A stretch of DNA of 64,000 nucleotides from Promethearchaeati archaeon (GTDB lineage: Archaea; Asgardarchaeota; Heimdallarchaeia; Heimdallarchaeales; Heimdallarchaeaceae), in assembly GCA_013166775.1 (NCBI GenBank), contig JABLTJ010000006.1, positions 32,001-96,000 of the forward strand, written 5' to 3'. Each line of letters opens with the position of its first letter. Position 1 is the stretch's first letter. Position numbers and translations under genes: made by a program. Of the stretch, positions 1 to 10,351 are shown piece after piece. The notes under the pieces are model-generated. The model was not told where the DNA came from. It saw only the letters and a list, made by a program, of their open reading frames with translations, and made no database searches.

Positions 1-112
1 GAGAATTATTAATCAAAAGAACTTCAATCGGAACTGAAGCAAGAAGAATATCTTTACAAGGCCACTGCAATAAATGTCAATCTCCTTTGAAGATAATAAT
101 GTCATAGGAGTA

Positions 113-433
113 CTAAATTATATTCTCAATGTCAAAATCTACAATTGTTATGTTAAGATGACTTTCTAGTGATTCTGTTACAAGATCAATAAATCTATTA
201 ATATCCTCAGAGCCATCTCTGAATGATACTCTAAATCGTAAAACTATTTCTAACCAATCCTCGTGAAAGTAATTAGTCTCTAAATGAGGTTGTCTTTTTG
301 GTTCTTTTTCATTAAGTTCTCTTTGAACAAGATTTAGGTGAATATCAAAATCTCCGAAATCTTCATACTGATCCTCATCATTTGGCTGAGCAGTGATTCC
401 ACAGTAATAATGGTAAAAACCAGCAGAAGTCAT
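113..433 (-). CDS. Hypothetical acidic protein (106 aa), probably co-transcribed with lonB
   Basis: ATG-started ORF 19 bp downstream of the lon stop on the same strand; no recognisable motif. Confidence 0.7.
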   Translation of the reverse strand: MTSAGFYHYYCGITAQPNDEDQYEDFGDFDIHLNLVQRELNEKEPKRQPHLETNYFHEDWLEIVLRFRVSFRDGSEDINRFIDLVTESLESHLNITIVDFDIENII

Positions 434-452
434 GATAACATCACTTTTAGTA

Positions 453-2411
453 TCACTTAGCTTTAGCTTTCTTAATCTTCTCTTTATTCCCTTTTGAAAT
501 AGAAGATTCTAAAGCAAGTGCCTCATATTTATCAGCAACATAACTATAATCAGGAGAAAGAGCCTCACGCAGAACTTCATGGAAATTTCGAACAGGAATA
601 ATCTCTACTTTACCTTTATACTTCTCTTCAATCTTTACATCTTCAATATTCTGAAAAGGAATTATAATGCGTTTGATTCCTGCTTCAGCAGCAGCTTCTA
701 TTTTGGCTGTAGCACCTCCAATAGGTATAACCACTCCTCTAACTGTTAAGCTTCCAGTCATTGCTGTATCTTGTCTTATTGGTGCATTTTCCATTGCTGA
801 AATTATTGCTGCAGCTATTGAAACAGATGCAGAATCACCTTCGACTCCTGCATAAGCACCTACAAATTGGATATGGTAATCGTAATCAGAAATATCTTTG
901 CCCACATACTTTTTGACTATAGCAGAAACATTTTGCACAGCTTCTCTAGCAACTATTCGCAGTTGACCAGTTGCAACAATTTTTCCTTCTCTTCTACTAA
1001 ATGCTGGTACAACTTCAGCTTCAATAGGCATGACTATACCAGATCGCTGATTTATGACTGCTAATCCATTTACTCTTCCTGCTAAAACATTTTCAGTTTC
1101 AAATATTTTGTAGAGTTTTCTATCATCTGCATAAGAATCACTTATTTGATTTTCAAGTGTTCTTGCGAGAGTTTTTGCTAATCTAACTGTTTCAACAGTA
1201 ACTAGAGGTTCATTCTTTTCTTTTGAAAGATCACCTGCTGCACGAATTAAACCTCCAAGTTCTCTTAACCTTAGAGTAAGCTGGTATTTTCTATCTGCTC
1301 TTCTTTGTGCTTCATAAATGATTTCCTCAACAGCTTCATATGTGAAATGAGGTATTCTTCTATCCTTGACAATCTCCTGTGCACAAAATCTTGCTAGCTT
1401 TCTTCTGTTTTCAAGAGTATCTGGCATTGTATCTTTCATATAAACTTCATAACCAGAGCCTTGGATTCTCGATCGCAAAGCTGGATGCATATTCCTGGTT
1501 GTTTCAATATTTCCAGCTGCGATTAAAACAAATTTGCATGGTACTGGTTCTGTTCTAACCATTGCCCCACTACTAAGTTCTGATTGACCTGTAATTTGTA
1601 ATTTTCCTTCTTGCATCGCAGTTAGAAGTTTTTGTTGAGTACGCATTTCAAGTGTTCCGATTTCATCAGAGTATAAGACTCCTAAATTTGATTTATGAAT
1701 TAATCCAGCTTCGACTCTTTCATGTGGAGGAGTACCTAGTCCCCCGCTTTGAAAGGGATCATGTCGAACATCACCTAACAATGCTCCCGCATGACTCCCT
1801 GTTGCATCATTAAATGGAGCTGTATCTTTCTTACTACTATCCACTAATAATTTAGGAATTAACATCTCAGTTCTCCCTCTTGATTGATTGAGCATGAAGA
1901 AGATAAAGAAACCTACAAACATCGCCATCAATAGGGTTTGAGGTTGCACAGCAGGATTTCCGGCTGTAGCGATTAATGCATATCCAATAATTGCCAGTAG
2001 TATTGCCAATGAAATAATAAATCGTTTATTTCCACTTTTTCTTGCAACCTCTGCATCCATTTCTACTTTTCTAGCTCCATGTCCTGCAGGTAATGTTGCA
2101 ACTCTAGGTTGATTAGGATATTTTGGATTAGGGATACATAAAACATCAACTAATTCTTCCTTAGGAAGAAGCTCAGCCATAGCTTGTCCAAGCATACTCT
2201 TTCCTGTTCCAGGCTCACCGATTAACAGAACATGACGGCGTTGTAGAGCAGCTTTCTTTATTATTTCCACAGAATTATCTTGACCAATAACTTGATCAAT
2301 TAAACGAGGAGGTACTGAGATTTCACTAGTATCATTAAACTCAATGTCTAATAATGAATCTCTTTTGGCTTTTTTTTTAGTAGCCTCTTTTGCTTCACCC
2401 ATGCCTACCAC
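453..2411 (-). CDS. lonB: Archaeal membrane-anchored ATP-dependent protease LonB
   Basis: DQVIGQ, Walker A GEPGTGKS, two TM helices inserted in the AAA+ domain, LLGDVRHDPFQSGG, catalytic Ser (GDSAS) and Lys (AKIEAA); alternative ATG start at 2402. Confidence 0.97.
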   Translation of the reverse strand: MVGMGEAKEATKKKAKRDSLLDIEFNDTSEISVPPRLIDQVIGQDNSVEIIKKAALQRRHVLLIGEPGTGKSMLGQAMAELLPKEELVDVLCIPNPKYPNQPRVATLPAGHGARKVEMDAEVARKSGNKRFIISLAILLAIIGYALIATAGNPAVQPQTLLMAMFVGFFIFFMLNQSRGRTEMLIPKLLVDSSKKDTAPFNDATGSHAGALLGDVRHDPFQSGGLGTPPHERVEAGLIHKSNLGVLYSDEIGTLEMRTQQKLLTAMQEGKLQITGQSELSSGAMVRTEPVPCKFVLIAAGNIETTRNMHPALRSRIQGSGYEVYMKDTMPDTLENRRKLARFCAQEIVKDRRIPHFTYEAVEEIIYEAQRRADRKYQLTLRLRELGGLIRAAGDLSKEKNEPLVTVETVRLAKTLARTLENQISDSYADDRKLYKIFETENVLAGRVNGLAVINQRSGIVMPIEAEVVPAFSRREGKIVATGQLRIVAREAVQNVSAIVKKYVGKDISDYDYHIQFVGAYAGVEGDSASVSIAAAIISAMENAPIRQDTAMTGSLTVRGVVIPIGGATAKIEAAAEAGIKRIIIPFQNIEDVKIEEKYKGKVEIIPVRNFHEVLREALSPDYSYVADKYEALALESSISKGNKEKIKKAKAK

Positions 2412-2563
2412 AAATAGAAATACTATATTTTCAATAGTTATGACATTTCTGCGTTAATAAAGATATGTTTTTGGTCAAATTTTTATCTGTTTTGATTATA
2501 AATTTTATATATTTGACATATAAAAAGTTTAAATTCTGAAAGATTTTATATGTATATGTAGAA

Positions 2564-3454
2564 ATGAAAATTCTTCCAGGACCAGCTTCAAAAGAACTAG
2601 GTGAAAGAATAGCTAAATTACTAAAATTACCTCTTCTAGATCTCAATTCTAAGTATTTCAGTGATGGGGAAACATACTTGCAGATTGTTGGTGATGTACT
2701 AAATGAAGAGATAGCTATAGTTCAAACTACAGCTCCACCTCAAGAGAAAAGGTTGATGGAAATTCTTCTACTAGCATCTACGCTAAAGGAGATGGGAGCT
2801 AGTAAAGTAATCGCAATTGTTCCATACTTGTGTTATGCAAGATCAGATAGAAGAAGAAAAGATGGTGAAGTTGTTTCTCATGAAATAACAATGAATCTTT
2901 TTTATAATTCTGGAATAGATACTCTAATAACTATAAATGCACATAATTCAGAAATATTTCTTGAAACTGCTCCTAATATGGAGAAATTTGATTTGAATAT
3001 AATTCCATTTTTAGCAAAGGAAATTAAGAAATATAAAGACAAAGAATGGCTAATAATAGGTCCTGATTCAGGAAGTATAAAAGATATAGAACTAACCTCA
3101 AGGATCCTAAATCTCCCCTATATAACATTAGAAAAATATCGCGATCCAGATACTCATAAAATTTCGATTAAAGATGCAGAGATTGATTGTAAAGACAAGG
3201 ATGTTCTTCTCCTAGACGATATAATCTCTTCAGGAGGTACTGCAATAGACGCTATTAAACTAATATTAAAAAATAAGCCTTCAAGCTTGATTTTCTTCTG
3301 CATTCACAATCTAGCATCAGAAGAAGTGATCAACGAAATTAAAGGATTAGGAGTAAATGAAATCATATCATCAAATACAGTTGAAAGGGATGATATTGAA
3401 ACTATAGATATTGCTAATTCTATTACAGATTTACTTGAGGAAAAATATCTATGA
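2564..3454 (+). CDS. prs: Ribose-phosphate pyrophosphokinase (PRPP synthase)
   Basis: FSDGE, PYLCYARSDRR, GPDSGS, PRPP-binding DDIISSGGT. Confidence 0.95.
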   Translation: MKILPGPASKELGERIAKLLKLPLLDLNSKYFSDGETYLQIVGDVLNEEIAIVQTTAPPQEKRLMEILLLASTLKEMGASKVIAIVPYLCYARSDRRRKDGEVVSHEITMNLFYNSGIDTLITINAHNSEIFLETAPNMEKFDLNIIPFLAKEIKKYKDKEWLIIGPDSGSIKDIELTSRILNLPYITLEKYRDPDTHKISIKDAEIDCKDKDVLLLDDIISSGGTAIDAIKLILKNKPSSLIFFCIHNLASEEVINEIKGLGVNEIISSNTVERDDIETIDIANSITDLLEEKYL

Positions 3455-4476
3455 ATAAATATCTAGCATACATTCGAGGTCAGTTTTTACCTTTAGGATA
3501 TGAAGAGTTTTTTGCTTGTATGGAAGCTGAGAATATAAAATATCGAACAGAATTCTCTGAAAATCAAATTATATTGTTAGAAAGTGCTGGTAATCCTTCA
3601 AAAGCTGCATCTAGGTGTGCATTTTTACACTCGTTATTGAAAGTTGTAGCTATAGGAAATGTAGATGAATCAATCTCTATCACAAATGATTATAGACTCG
3701 ATGAAATTGAAAAAAATAAATCCTTTTGTGTAAGAGCAAATCGAATAGGAAAAAAACAAACTCGGATTTCAAGAGTGGAAATTGAAAGAGATTTGGGTAG
3801 TCATATCTATAAGAAATTTGAAAACAAATATTTGAATGTAAATCTCACCAATCCTGATTATCAATTTTATGCGATTATTCATAACAAAAAATTCTATCTG
3901 GGTTTAAAGCTATGGAGTGTGGATAGAGAGACCTACCGAAAGAGAGAACCAAGTCAACGTCCATCATTTAGACCTGGTTCAATGAAAACAGATTTCGCTA
4001 GAGCTTTGGTGAACTTGTCGAGAGTAAGAGAAGGAGATATCTTCTACGATCCCTTTTGTGGTGGAGGAGGATTCCTTATTGAATCATCAATTCTAGGAGC
4101 TTATTCTCTGGGATCTGATATATCAGCAGAAGCAGTTTTGAGTGCTGCAAAAAACCTAAAAAAATTCTCTGAAGGGGATTTTGCTATTATCAGAAGTGAT
4201 TCAAGAAAATCCATAATTAGAAAAGCTGATGCAATAGCAACAGATCCACCTTATGCTATTCAATCCTCCACTCATGGAAAGCAAGTAAAAGATCTACTAC
4301 ATGATTTTCTACTCGAATCAAAAACAATATTAGAACCAGGAAGATACTTAGTATTTGGTTCTCCTAAGAGGATAGAACCTGAAAAAATAGTTAAAAAGGT
4401 AGGGTATGAGATAGTTTCTATGATTGATGCGAGGATTCATAAATCCCTAACTAGAAGAATTATGGTTGTAAAGTGA
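3451..4476 (+). CDS. trm11: THUMP-domain tRNA m2G10/m22G10 methyltransferase (Trm11 family)
   Basis: N-terminal THUMP region (FCVRANR...NLTNPD), SAM motif DPFCGGGG, TDPPY; 4-nt overlap with prs. Confidence 0.88.
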   Translation: MNKYLAYIRGQFLPLGYEEFFACMEAENIKYRTEFSENQIILLESAGNPSKAASRCAFLHSLLKVVAIGNVDESISITNDYRLDEIEKNKSFCVRANRIGKKQTRISRVEIERDLGSHIYKKFENKYLNVNLTNPDYQFYAIIHNKKFYLGLKLWSVDRETYRKREPSQRPSFRPGSMKTDFARALVNLSRVREGDIFYDPFCGGGGFLIESSILGAYSLGSDISAEAVLSAAKNLKKFSEGDFAIIRSDSRKSIIRKADAIATDPPYAIQSSTHGKQVKDLLHDFLLESKTILEPGRYLVFGSPKRIEPEKIVKKVGYEIVSMIDARIHKSLTRRIMVVK

Positions 4477-4480
4477 TGCA

Positions 4481-5404
4481 ATGTCAGATAAAATGATTAT
4501 TACCTTTTTAGGAACTTCATCTGCTCCACCCCAAGCAGATAGAAGTCAGAGCTCAATGTCCTTAAAATATAGAAGGCACAATCTTTTATTTGATGTTGGT
4601 GAAGGGACACAATTTCAAATGGTGAAGAATAAAATTAGTATGAAGAATCTGACAATATTACTCACACATTTGCACTCAGATCATACTTTAGGATTGATTG
4701 GATTACTAACAACAAGAGATTTCTATAGCATTTCTTCTCCTGTTACTATAATTGGACCTCCATGGACTAGCTCGTTTGTTTTCTTACAGCTTTTAGCTTA
4801 TAGGTTAGAACCAGATTATGAAATTAAAATAATAGAAACTGAGGGAGGAATAGTAACATCAAATGATGACTTTTACATAGAATCCTTTAAAGTATCTCAC
4901 TCAGAAAATAGTTTCGGCTATAAAATTGAAACCCATAAACCCTTAGGAGTATTCAATGTAGAAAAAGCTGAAGAGAAAGAAATTCAGAAAGGAAAGCTAT
5001 GGAACAGAATTCAAAACGGTTTTCCCATAGAGATAGATGGAAAAATAATCTACCCTTCGGAAATTATGGATGATTCTCAAGCTAAGCAATTTAAAGTTGT
5101 AATTACTGGAGATACTAATATCTGTCAAAGTGTAATTAATAAGGCTTCTGAGGCAGATTTGTTAATACATGATGCAACTTATCCTCATACTGAAGAAAGA
5201 AGAGCAAAAAAATATCTGCACTCTACCTGTGTTGATGCTGCAAGAGTTGCTAAATTTTCTAATGTAAAGAAATTGGTGATGACCCATATTTCTACTCTGC
5301 ACGAGAATTTGAATGAATCTTTAGAATCAACTCAAAAAATTTTTCCTAATTCAGTTTTCGCGGAAGATGGTTTAAGGATTATTTTAGATCCTAAAGATTA
5401 TTGA
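4481..5404 (+). CDS. rnz: Ribonuclease Z
   Basis: FLGTSS, DVGEGTQ, THLHSDH, exosite, GDT, HDAT, HST, THIS. Confidence 0.95.
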   Translation: MSDKMIITFLGTSSAPPQADRSQSSMSLKYRRHNLLFDVGEGTQFQMVKNKISMKNLTILLTHLHSDHTLGLIGLLTTRDFYSISSPVTIIGPPWTSSFVFLQLLAYRLEPDYEIKIIETEGGIVTSNDDFYIESFKVSHSENSFGYKIETHKPLGVFNVEKAEEKEIQKGKLWNRIQNGFPIEIDGKIIYPSEIMDDSQAKQFKVVITGDTNICQSVINKASEADLLIHDATYPHTEERRAKKYLHSTCVDAARVAKFSNVKKLVMTHISTLHENLNESLESTQKIFPNSVFAEDGLRIILDPKDY

Positions 5405-5840
5405 TTTCATTAAATTCTATTCTTCTTGTTTCTCTACCCTCTACTGTTTGGGGTGCAAGCCAATCTAGGATCTTTTCTGGATTTTTCCCCTTAATTGATA
5501 GTTCAACGTTTCCTAACGGAGATGATGTATCAGCTGTAATGACAGCAAATTTTTTTGCAAAAAGTGCTTGTTTATGAAAATTTAAAACAACGCTATTTCT
5601 TTTGAAATCTAATATTGCACAGTATCTAACAGCATCCAAGATTTCCACTTTCCTGATGTAGTTAAAGAACTTCTCAAGTCCAGATATAGGTAGATTTTGA
5701 GCTTCTAGTAAGGTGTTATTCAAGATTTTTCTTTCTTCGAATTCAGGAATTACACCAAGAAGATTGCTAATGCAAATCTTAATCTTCTCTTTATTTTCTG
5801 TTGAAAAAAGAGGAACTGAAATTGCTAAAGAAGCACACAT
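5391..5840 (-). CDS. UPF0201/DUF54-type archaeal RNA-binding protein
   Basis: STENKEKI...NL, ILDAVR, HKQA, SPLG, WLAPQT pattern; usual partner of UPF0200. Confidence 0.8.
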   Translation of the reverse strand: MCASLAISVPLFSTENKEKIKICISNLLGVIPEFEERKILNNTLLEAQNLPISGLEKFFNYIRKVEILDAVRYCAILDFKRNSVVLNFHKQALFAKKFAVITADTSSPLGNVELSIKGKNPEKILDWLAPQTVEGRETRRIEFNEINNL

Positions 5841-6418
5841 TATTCTTCACCTTTTTCTAATTCATTCAAAAGATCTAATGAAGAATCTCTAAATTCATCT
5901 AGAGTTCTATTATTAAGGATAATATAGTTTGAGAAGGCAATAGTCTCTCCTAATCCTAGTTTCAGTTCAGATTCATCTCTTTTCTTAAAATCCTCCTCTG
6001 TTTGTGGAGCGTCCTTTCTCCCCCTTAATCTCAATCTTTCATATCTCAAAGTGGGATCCACATGTATTGCTACTATAACAAATTCGTCATTAAGATGATT
6101 CTTAAAATGATCAACTTCAGCTTGACTTCTGATTCCATCAATAATTATTCGATGATTTTCCTCTTCTATCAATTTATCAGTTGCTTTGCAGGTTAGATGT
6201 GCGACTGCATCTTCACCCATTTTTTCTCTGACTTGAACCATTACTCTTTGAGTATTATTGGGAGTAGGTTCAAATCCTTCTTCAATAACCTTCGCTCGAA
6301 TTACATCTCCCATAATGACAGTTTTGTAGCCTTTTTGAGCAGCATACTGTGCAAATAAGCTTTTCCCAGAACCAGGCATACCTGTTACTCCAATCACTCT
6401 AGTAATTCGATTTGTCAT
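5840..6418 (-). CDS. UPF0200 P-loop nucleotide kinase (dephospho-CoA kinase-like)
   Basis: GVTGMPGSGKS, MGDVIR, IDGIRS, RGRKD, RDESEL; start moved to ATG 6418 because the longer ORF overlaps the divergent gene. Confidence 0.85.
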   Translation of the reverse strand: MTNRITRVIGVTGMPGSGKSLFAQYAAQKGYKTVIMGDVIRAKVIEEGFEPTPNNTQRVMVQVREKMGEDAVAHLTCKATDKLIEEENHRIIIDGIRSQAEVDHFKNHLNDEFVIVAIHVDPTLRYERLRLRGRKDAPQTEEDFKKRDESELKLGLGETIAFSNYIILNNRTLDEFRDSSLDLLNELEKGEE

Positions 6419-6521
6419 CAAGTTCAAAGAGGAAATGAAGATTACAGTTAAAAGTTTTGTTAATTGATTAATTTTCTTACATGAATAAAAATTTATAAAA
6501 TATGAAAAAAACCAATAAATA

Positions 6522-7082
6522 ATGGTTCGTGCATTTATCTCCGTGGATTTCACTGATAAGAGTATTAAAGAGAAAATAAAAGATTTACAGGATGAAATCA
6601 GTTCTTCTGGAGCACATTTGAGAATAGTTAATCCAAGTAATTTACACATTACTTTAGAATTTCTAGGAGATATTACTGAGGATCAAGTTGCAGTATTAAA
6701 AGAAATTCTTGAAGAGCTGGAATTTGATTTAATTAAACTGAATGTAAAAAATCCTAATGTACTACCTAATGAGAACCATATCAGAGTAATCTATTGTGAA
6801 CTAGACGGAGATATCGAACCACTCAAAGAAATACAGAAAATTCTTAGAGAGAAACTTCGAACAAACGGTTTCAGAGTTGATAATCGCTCCTTTAAACCAC
6901 ATTTAACAATAGCAAGGGTGAAATCTGCTAAGAATAGAAAAGAATTAATTAGAGTTATTAAACAACAATCTAAAGTATCTTGTGGAATTCAAGAAATAAA
7001 TACAATAAATTTAAAAAAATCTATATTAAAACCAGAAGGACCTCAATATACGAAATTGCATGAAATTCAGGCAAGAAAATAG
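6522..7082 (+). CDS. thpR: RNA 2',3'-cyclic phosphodiesterase (2H family, LigT/ThpR)
   Basis: RAFIS start, two HxT motifs (HITL, PHLTI), GPQY end. Confidence 0.93.
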   Translation: MVRAFISVDFTDKSIKEKIKDLQDEISSSGAHLRIVNPSNLHITLEFLGDITEDQVAVLKEILEELEFDLIKLNVKNPNVLPNENHIRVIYCELDGDIEPLKEIQKILREKLRTNGFRVDNRSFKPHLTIARVKSAKNRKELIRVIKQQSKVSCGIQEINTINLKKSILKPEGPQYTKLHEIQARK

Positions 7083-7100
7083 AATAAGAAAAGTGATAAA

Positions 7101-8612
7101 ATGAGCAAATCTAATACTTCAGATCTAACTAGAAAGAAAGAGGTTCTTAATCATGAAGAAGTAGAAAAAAAAGTACTTGAAGTAATTCAAGTTCAATGGG
7201 AACAGCATGAAATACAAAGAGAACTTTTGTCAATCCTAAGTGAAAAAATTCAGATGGATTTGAATTCTCTTGGTTATATCGGAAGAGTAGAAACTCAGGG
7301 CTCATTTATTCGTAAAACCTATCTAAGTGAAGACGAAACTTTTGATTTGCTTCTGATTCTATCAAGATCAGAGAAAGCAAAAGTCCATCAAATTTTAGAT
7401 GCTTTGGTTCAAAGACTGAGAAAAGATAGAGTTAAGAAGCAGTTAATCAGTGTTGAAAAACATACTGGTAAGATGCCATACTTACGGATTATAATTGATG
7501 ACGAATTCATTAATCTGTTTGTAGGATTTGAAGTATTGCCCGGAGAAGAAACCATTTCCATTTTCGATTTAATCCCAATGCACACACAATATATTCTAAC
7601 CCATATGAAAGAAGAAACAAGACAAGAAGTCCTCCTATTCAAGAAATTCGTAAAAGCGATAGGTGTATACAGGAGTGAAATTGGAGCCATTGGATTCAAC
7701 GGATATCTTTGTGAGTTATTGATAATCTTCTACGGTACTTTTATAAAAGCAATTGAAGCAATAAGAAATTGGAAACCTAGAACCATTATTGATCCTAAGA
7801 AAAATCAAGAAAAAACTGAGGACGTTGATTTTCTTACAAGTGAACTTCTAGTAGGATATTATCCATTGTATGTTTTAGATCCACTTAATCCAAAAGATAA
7901 TGTAGCTGCAAGTGTTTCAGTAGATCAATATAATTCAATTATTGCAGCTGCAAATATTTACTTCTACAATCCTTTAATCAGCTTTTTTGAGGATCAATTG
8001 TGCGAAGCTCCACCCTTTGATGAATTAGTACGAAAGATAATTAATTCAGGAAGAGAAATAGTAGTTTTAGTAATAAACAGAGATTTTAAAGAGTCTGAAG
8101 TGTGCTGGCAAAAAGCAATAAGTATAAGATCGTCATTTGAAACTGAATTAAGGAACAACAATTACTTGCTTGAGAGAATAAAGCCTTTTGTCTCCGATGA
8201 ATACTTTGGGGTCTTTGTAAGTTTAATGGCTGCTAATCCACAAATTTCTTTAAGAAGAGAAGGACCTGAAATTACATCAAGAGAATCACTAAGATTCCTT
8301 AGACGATATTCTAAACATGCAGATGTAGTAGCTGGACCTTTTATTGATAATGATAAGTGGGTTATTCACTTTACTAAAAAAGGTCAAATAATACGTGATT
8401 TCCTTCAAAATCTTGTAAAGAAGAATACATTTGTTCTAAATGTAGATTCCTTTCTTAAAATAGAAATTAAAGAAAAAATGTCTGTTTTAAGCTTAGATGA
8501 AAAGCTAAGAGAAATGTATGAAATAGATGAAACTTTCTCTGAAAATCTCTTCTTATTTATCGAACGGAAACCTCTGTGGATATGTAGTTTAAAGGATGCT
8601 GATATATTTTAA
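7101..8612 (+). CDS. cca: Archaeal class I CCA-adding enzyme homologue with a degenerate active site
   Basis: GS..RKTYL, FKKFVKAIGVY, GFNGYLCELLI, DP...NVAA, C-terminal GP motifs; next to thpR; catalytic residues altered (see findings). Confidence 0.85.
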   Translation: MSKSNTSDLTRKKEVLNHEEVEKKVLEVIQVQWEQHEIQRELLSILSEKIQMDLNSLGYIGRVETQGSFIRKTYLSEDETFDLLLILSRSEKAKVHQILDALVQRLRKDRVKKQLISVEKHTGKMPYLRIIIDDEFINLFVGFEVLPGEETISIFDLIPMHTQYILTHMKEETRQEVLLFKKFVKAIGVYRSEIGAIGFNGYLCELLIIFYGTFIKAIEAIRNWKPRTIIDPKKNQEKTEDVDFLTSELLVGYYPLYVLDPLNPKDNVAASVSVDQYNSIIAAANIYFYNPLISFFEDQLCEAPPFDELVRKIINSGREIVVLVINRDFKESEVCWQKAISIRSSFETELRNNNYLLERIKPFVSDEYFGVFVSLMAANPQISLRREGPEITSRESLRFLRRYSKHADVVAGPFIDNDKWVIHFTKKGQIIRDFLQNLVKKNTFVLNVDSFLKIEIKEKMSVLSLDEKLREMYEIDETFSENLFLFIERKPLWICSLKDADIF

Positions 8613-8638
8613 AAATAAAAAAAGAAAAAAGAATGAAA

Positions 8639-10153
8639 TTATTTCTTTCTGCGTAGATATACTATTGCAATAATTGGTGTTATTGAAGCTGTGATTATTA
8701 ATAAATCTGTAGCACTGAAACCTATTGTGAAAGTATTACCATTTCCTTCATCTGTTGGATTTTCACCTTCTTTCAGCAACTTAACTGGATGAATGACGAA
8801 ATATGGTTTTCCATCAATATCTTTCAAATCAAAATAATTAGGCCCATCTTCAGAGTTTTGAGCTAAAACCACAGTTATATACATATAGTCTCCTGCAGTG
8901 AAAACCCAATCTTTTCCAACTGAATCACCAGAATTTAGTGGTTTAGAAAATTCCACTTGTCTGTGAGTACTTGTATAGGTAACATTTGCTTGACCATCGT
9001 TCATACCGCCAACTGATTCATCAGCTGTTGGTTCACCAAGACCTCTAGGAATATAACCGTCAAGATAACCGTAGCTTCCCATCATCACGAAATCAGTTCC
9101 TTCTGAATAATTAAGCATATCAACTCCTTTACCTAGCACTAAACCTATCCAGTCTCCAGGTGACTCAAGTTCATCATATAAATCAAAGTAGAAATACATG
9201 TTAACTCCATCATGGCAAACTAACATTGTGATATTCCAAACTAGATTTGTGTCAATTATCCCAGTACTCCAATTTAGATAAGATAGTGTCAATTGATATT
9301 CCATCGCATCATTCCATGCTGCTTCATTAGCTTCACCATCTATTTCAATAGGTTTTACTATGTATGGAGCTTGATATTCAGAACCTTCAACAGATCCTGG
9401 ATACATGGGTCCTCCATATATGTCCAATTGATCTCCTAGATTATCTCCTATATCTAATCGAATGTAGCGGAATTCCTCAGGAATCATTGTACCAAAGTTT
9501 GGTCCATTATCTTCAGGTAAGATATTAATCCATGCTGCAATTTCAACTGCAATTGCTTGTCCATAGTCCAAGAATATATCTTTCCCTGCTGAGTCACCTG
9601 ATCTAAGAGGTTTACTTCCTTCAAAGAAAGAACCATACAAACTTGTGTAGTTTAAGTAGCAAAAGGCATCATTTGTACCACCATAATACTCATCTCCCAT
9701 TGGTGGTGATGGGTCTTCATCCCCATCCGGAAAAGCTAAGTCCATATAAGTATTATAATAAGCATACATGTGTACTCCATCATTCTGTCCTGGTTTACCA
9801 AAGAAATGAATATCTGCTGCTTTAACATGACCCAAATCAACTGGAATGTATAGAAACCAGAAAAGATGAGAATTGTTGTGAGCGAAATTTATGACTGTGG
9901 TTAGTGTGTCATATTCGCTTTGAAAAGTGGTAGTTGTTCCATCATCATAACCAAAGATATCAAAATATCCTTCGTTAGCCATATTCCAATCACCGTAATC
10001 TCCATCAACTAAGATACCAGGATTATATTCAGCAACTAAGGATAGAGTGGGTGCAATTGTATCTTGGGCAGCTGTGTCAATTACGCCTGTGCTCAGGATA
10101 CTTATTCCAAAAATTGTAATAACTACTATTGTTAGTGTTCTATAGACCTTCAT
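8639..10153 (-). CDS. Secreted, C-terminally anchored protein with two DOMON/CBM9-like domains
   Basis: Signal peptide; two copies of VDG..W / AHN..HLF / GGTND / EFSKPL.SGD..GKD; terminal TM plus LRRKK. Confidence 0.7.
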   Translation of the reverse strand: MKVYRTLTIVVITIFGISILSTGVIDTAAQDTIAPTLSLVAEYNPGILVDGDYGDWNMANEGYFDIFGYDDGTTTTFQSEYDTLTTVINFAHNNSHLFWFLYIPVDLGHVKAADIHFFGKPGQNDGVHMYAYYNTYMDLAFPDGDEDPSPPMGDEYYGGTNDAFCYLNYTSLYGSFFEGSKPLRSGDSAGKDIFLDYGQAIAVEIAAWINILPEDNGPNFGTMIPEEFRYIRLDIGDNLGDQLDIYGGPMYPGSVEGSEYQAPYIVKPIEIDGEANEAAWNDAMEYQLTLSYLNWSTGIIDTNLVWNITMLVCHDGVNMYFYFDLYDELESPGDWIGLVLGKGVDMLNYSEGTDFVMMGSYGYLDGYIPRGLGEPTADESVGGMNDGQANVTYTSTHRQVEFSKPLNSGDSVGKDWVFTAGDYMYITVVLAQNSEDGPNYFDLKDIDGKPYFVIHPVKLLKEGENPTDEGNGNTFTIGFSATDLLIITASITPIIAIVYLRRKK

Positions 10154-10351
10154 TTTGAACCCCCGTTCAAATGTTCTAATTATATTTATCCTTTTTTTAT
10201 ATATATACGATATGTTTGAGGAAAATGGAATTATGGGAGTTCGAGAAAAGTGGAGTTGTCTTCTTAAGAATTTTTGTCAGTATTTTAAATACATTTCAGT
10301 TTTTATAATGAAATCTATAACTGAAAATAACCTCATGGAGTAGAGATTATA

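Noticed and set aside
1-105. Possible start of a minus-strand gene at the window edge
   Set aside because: Too little sequence to fix the frame or product
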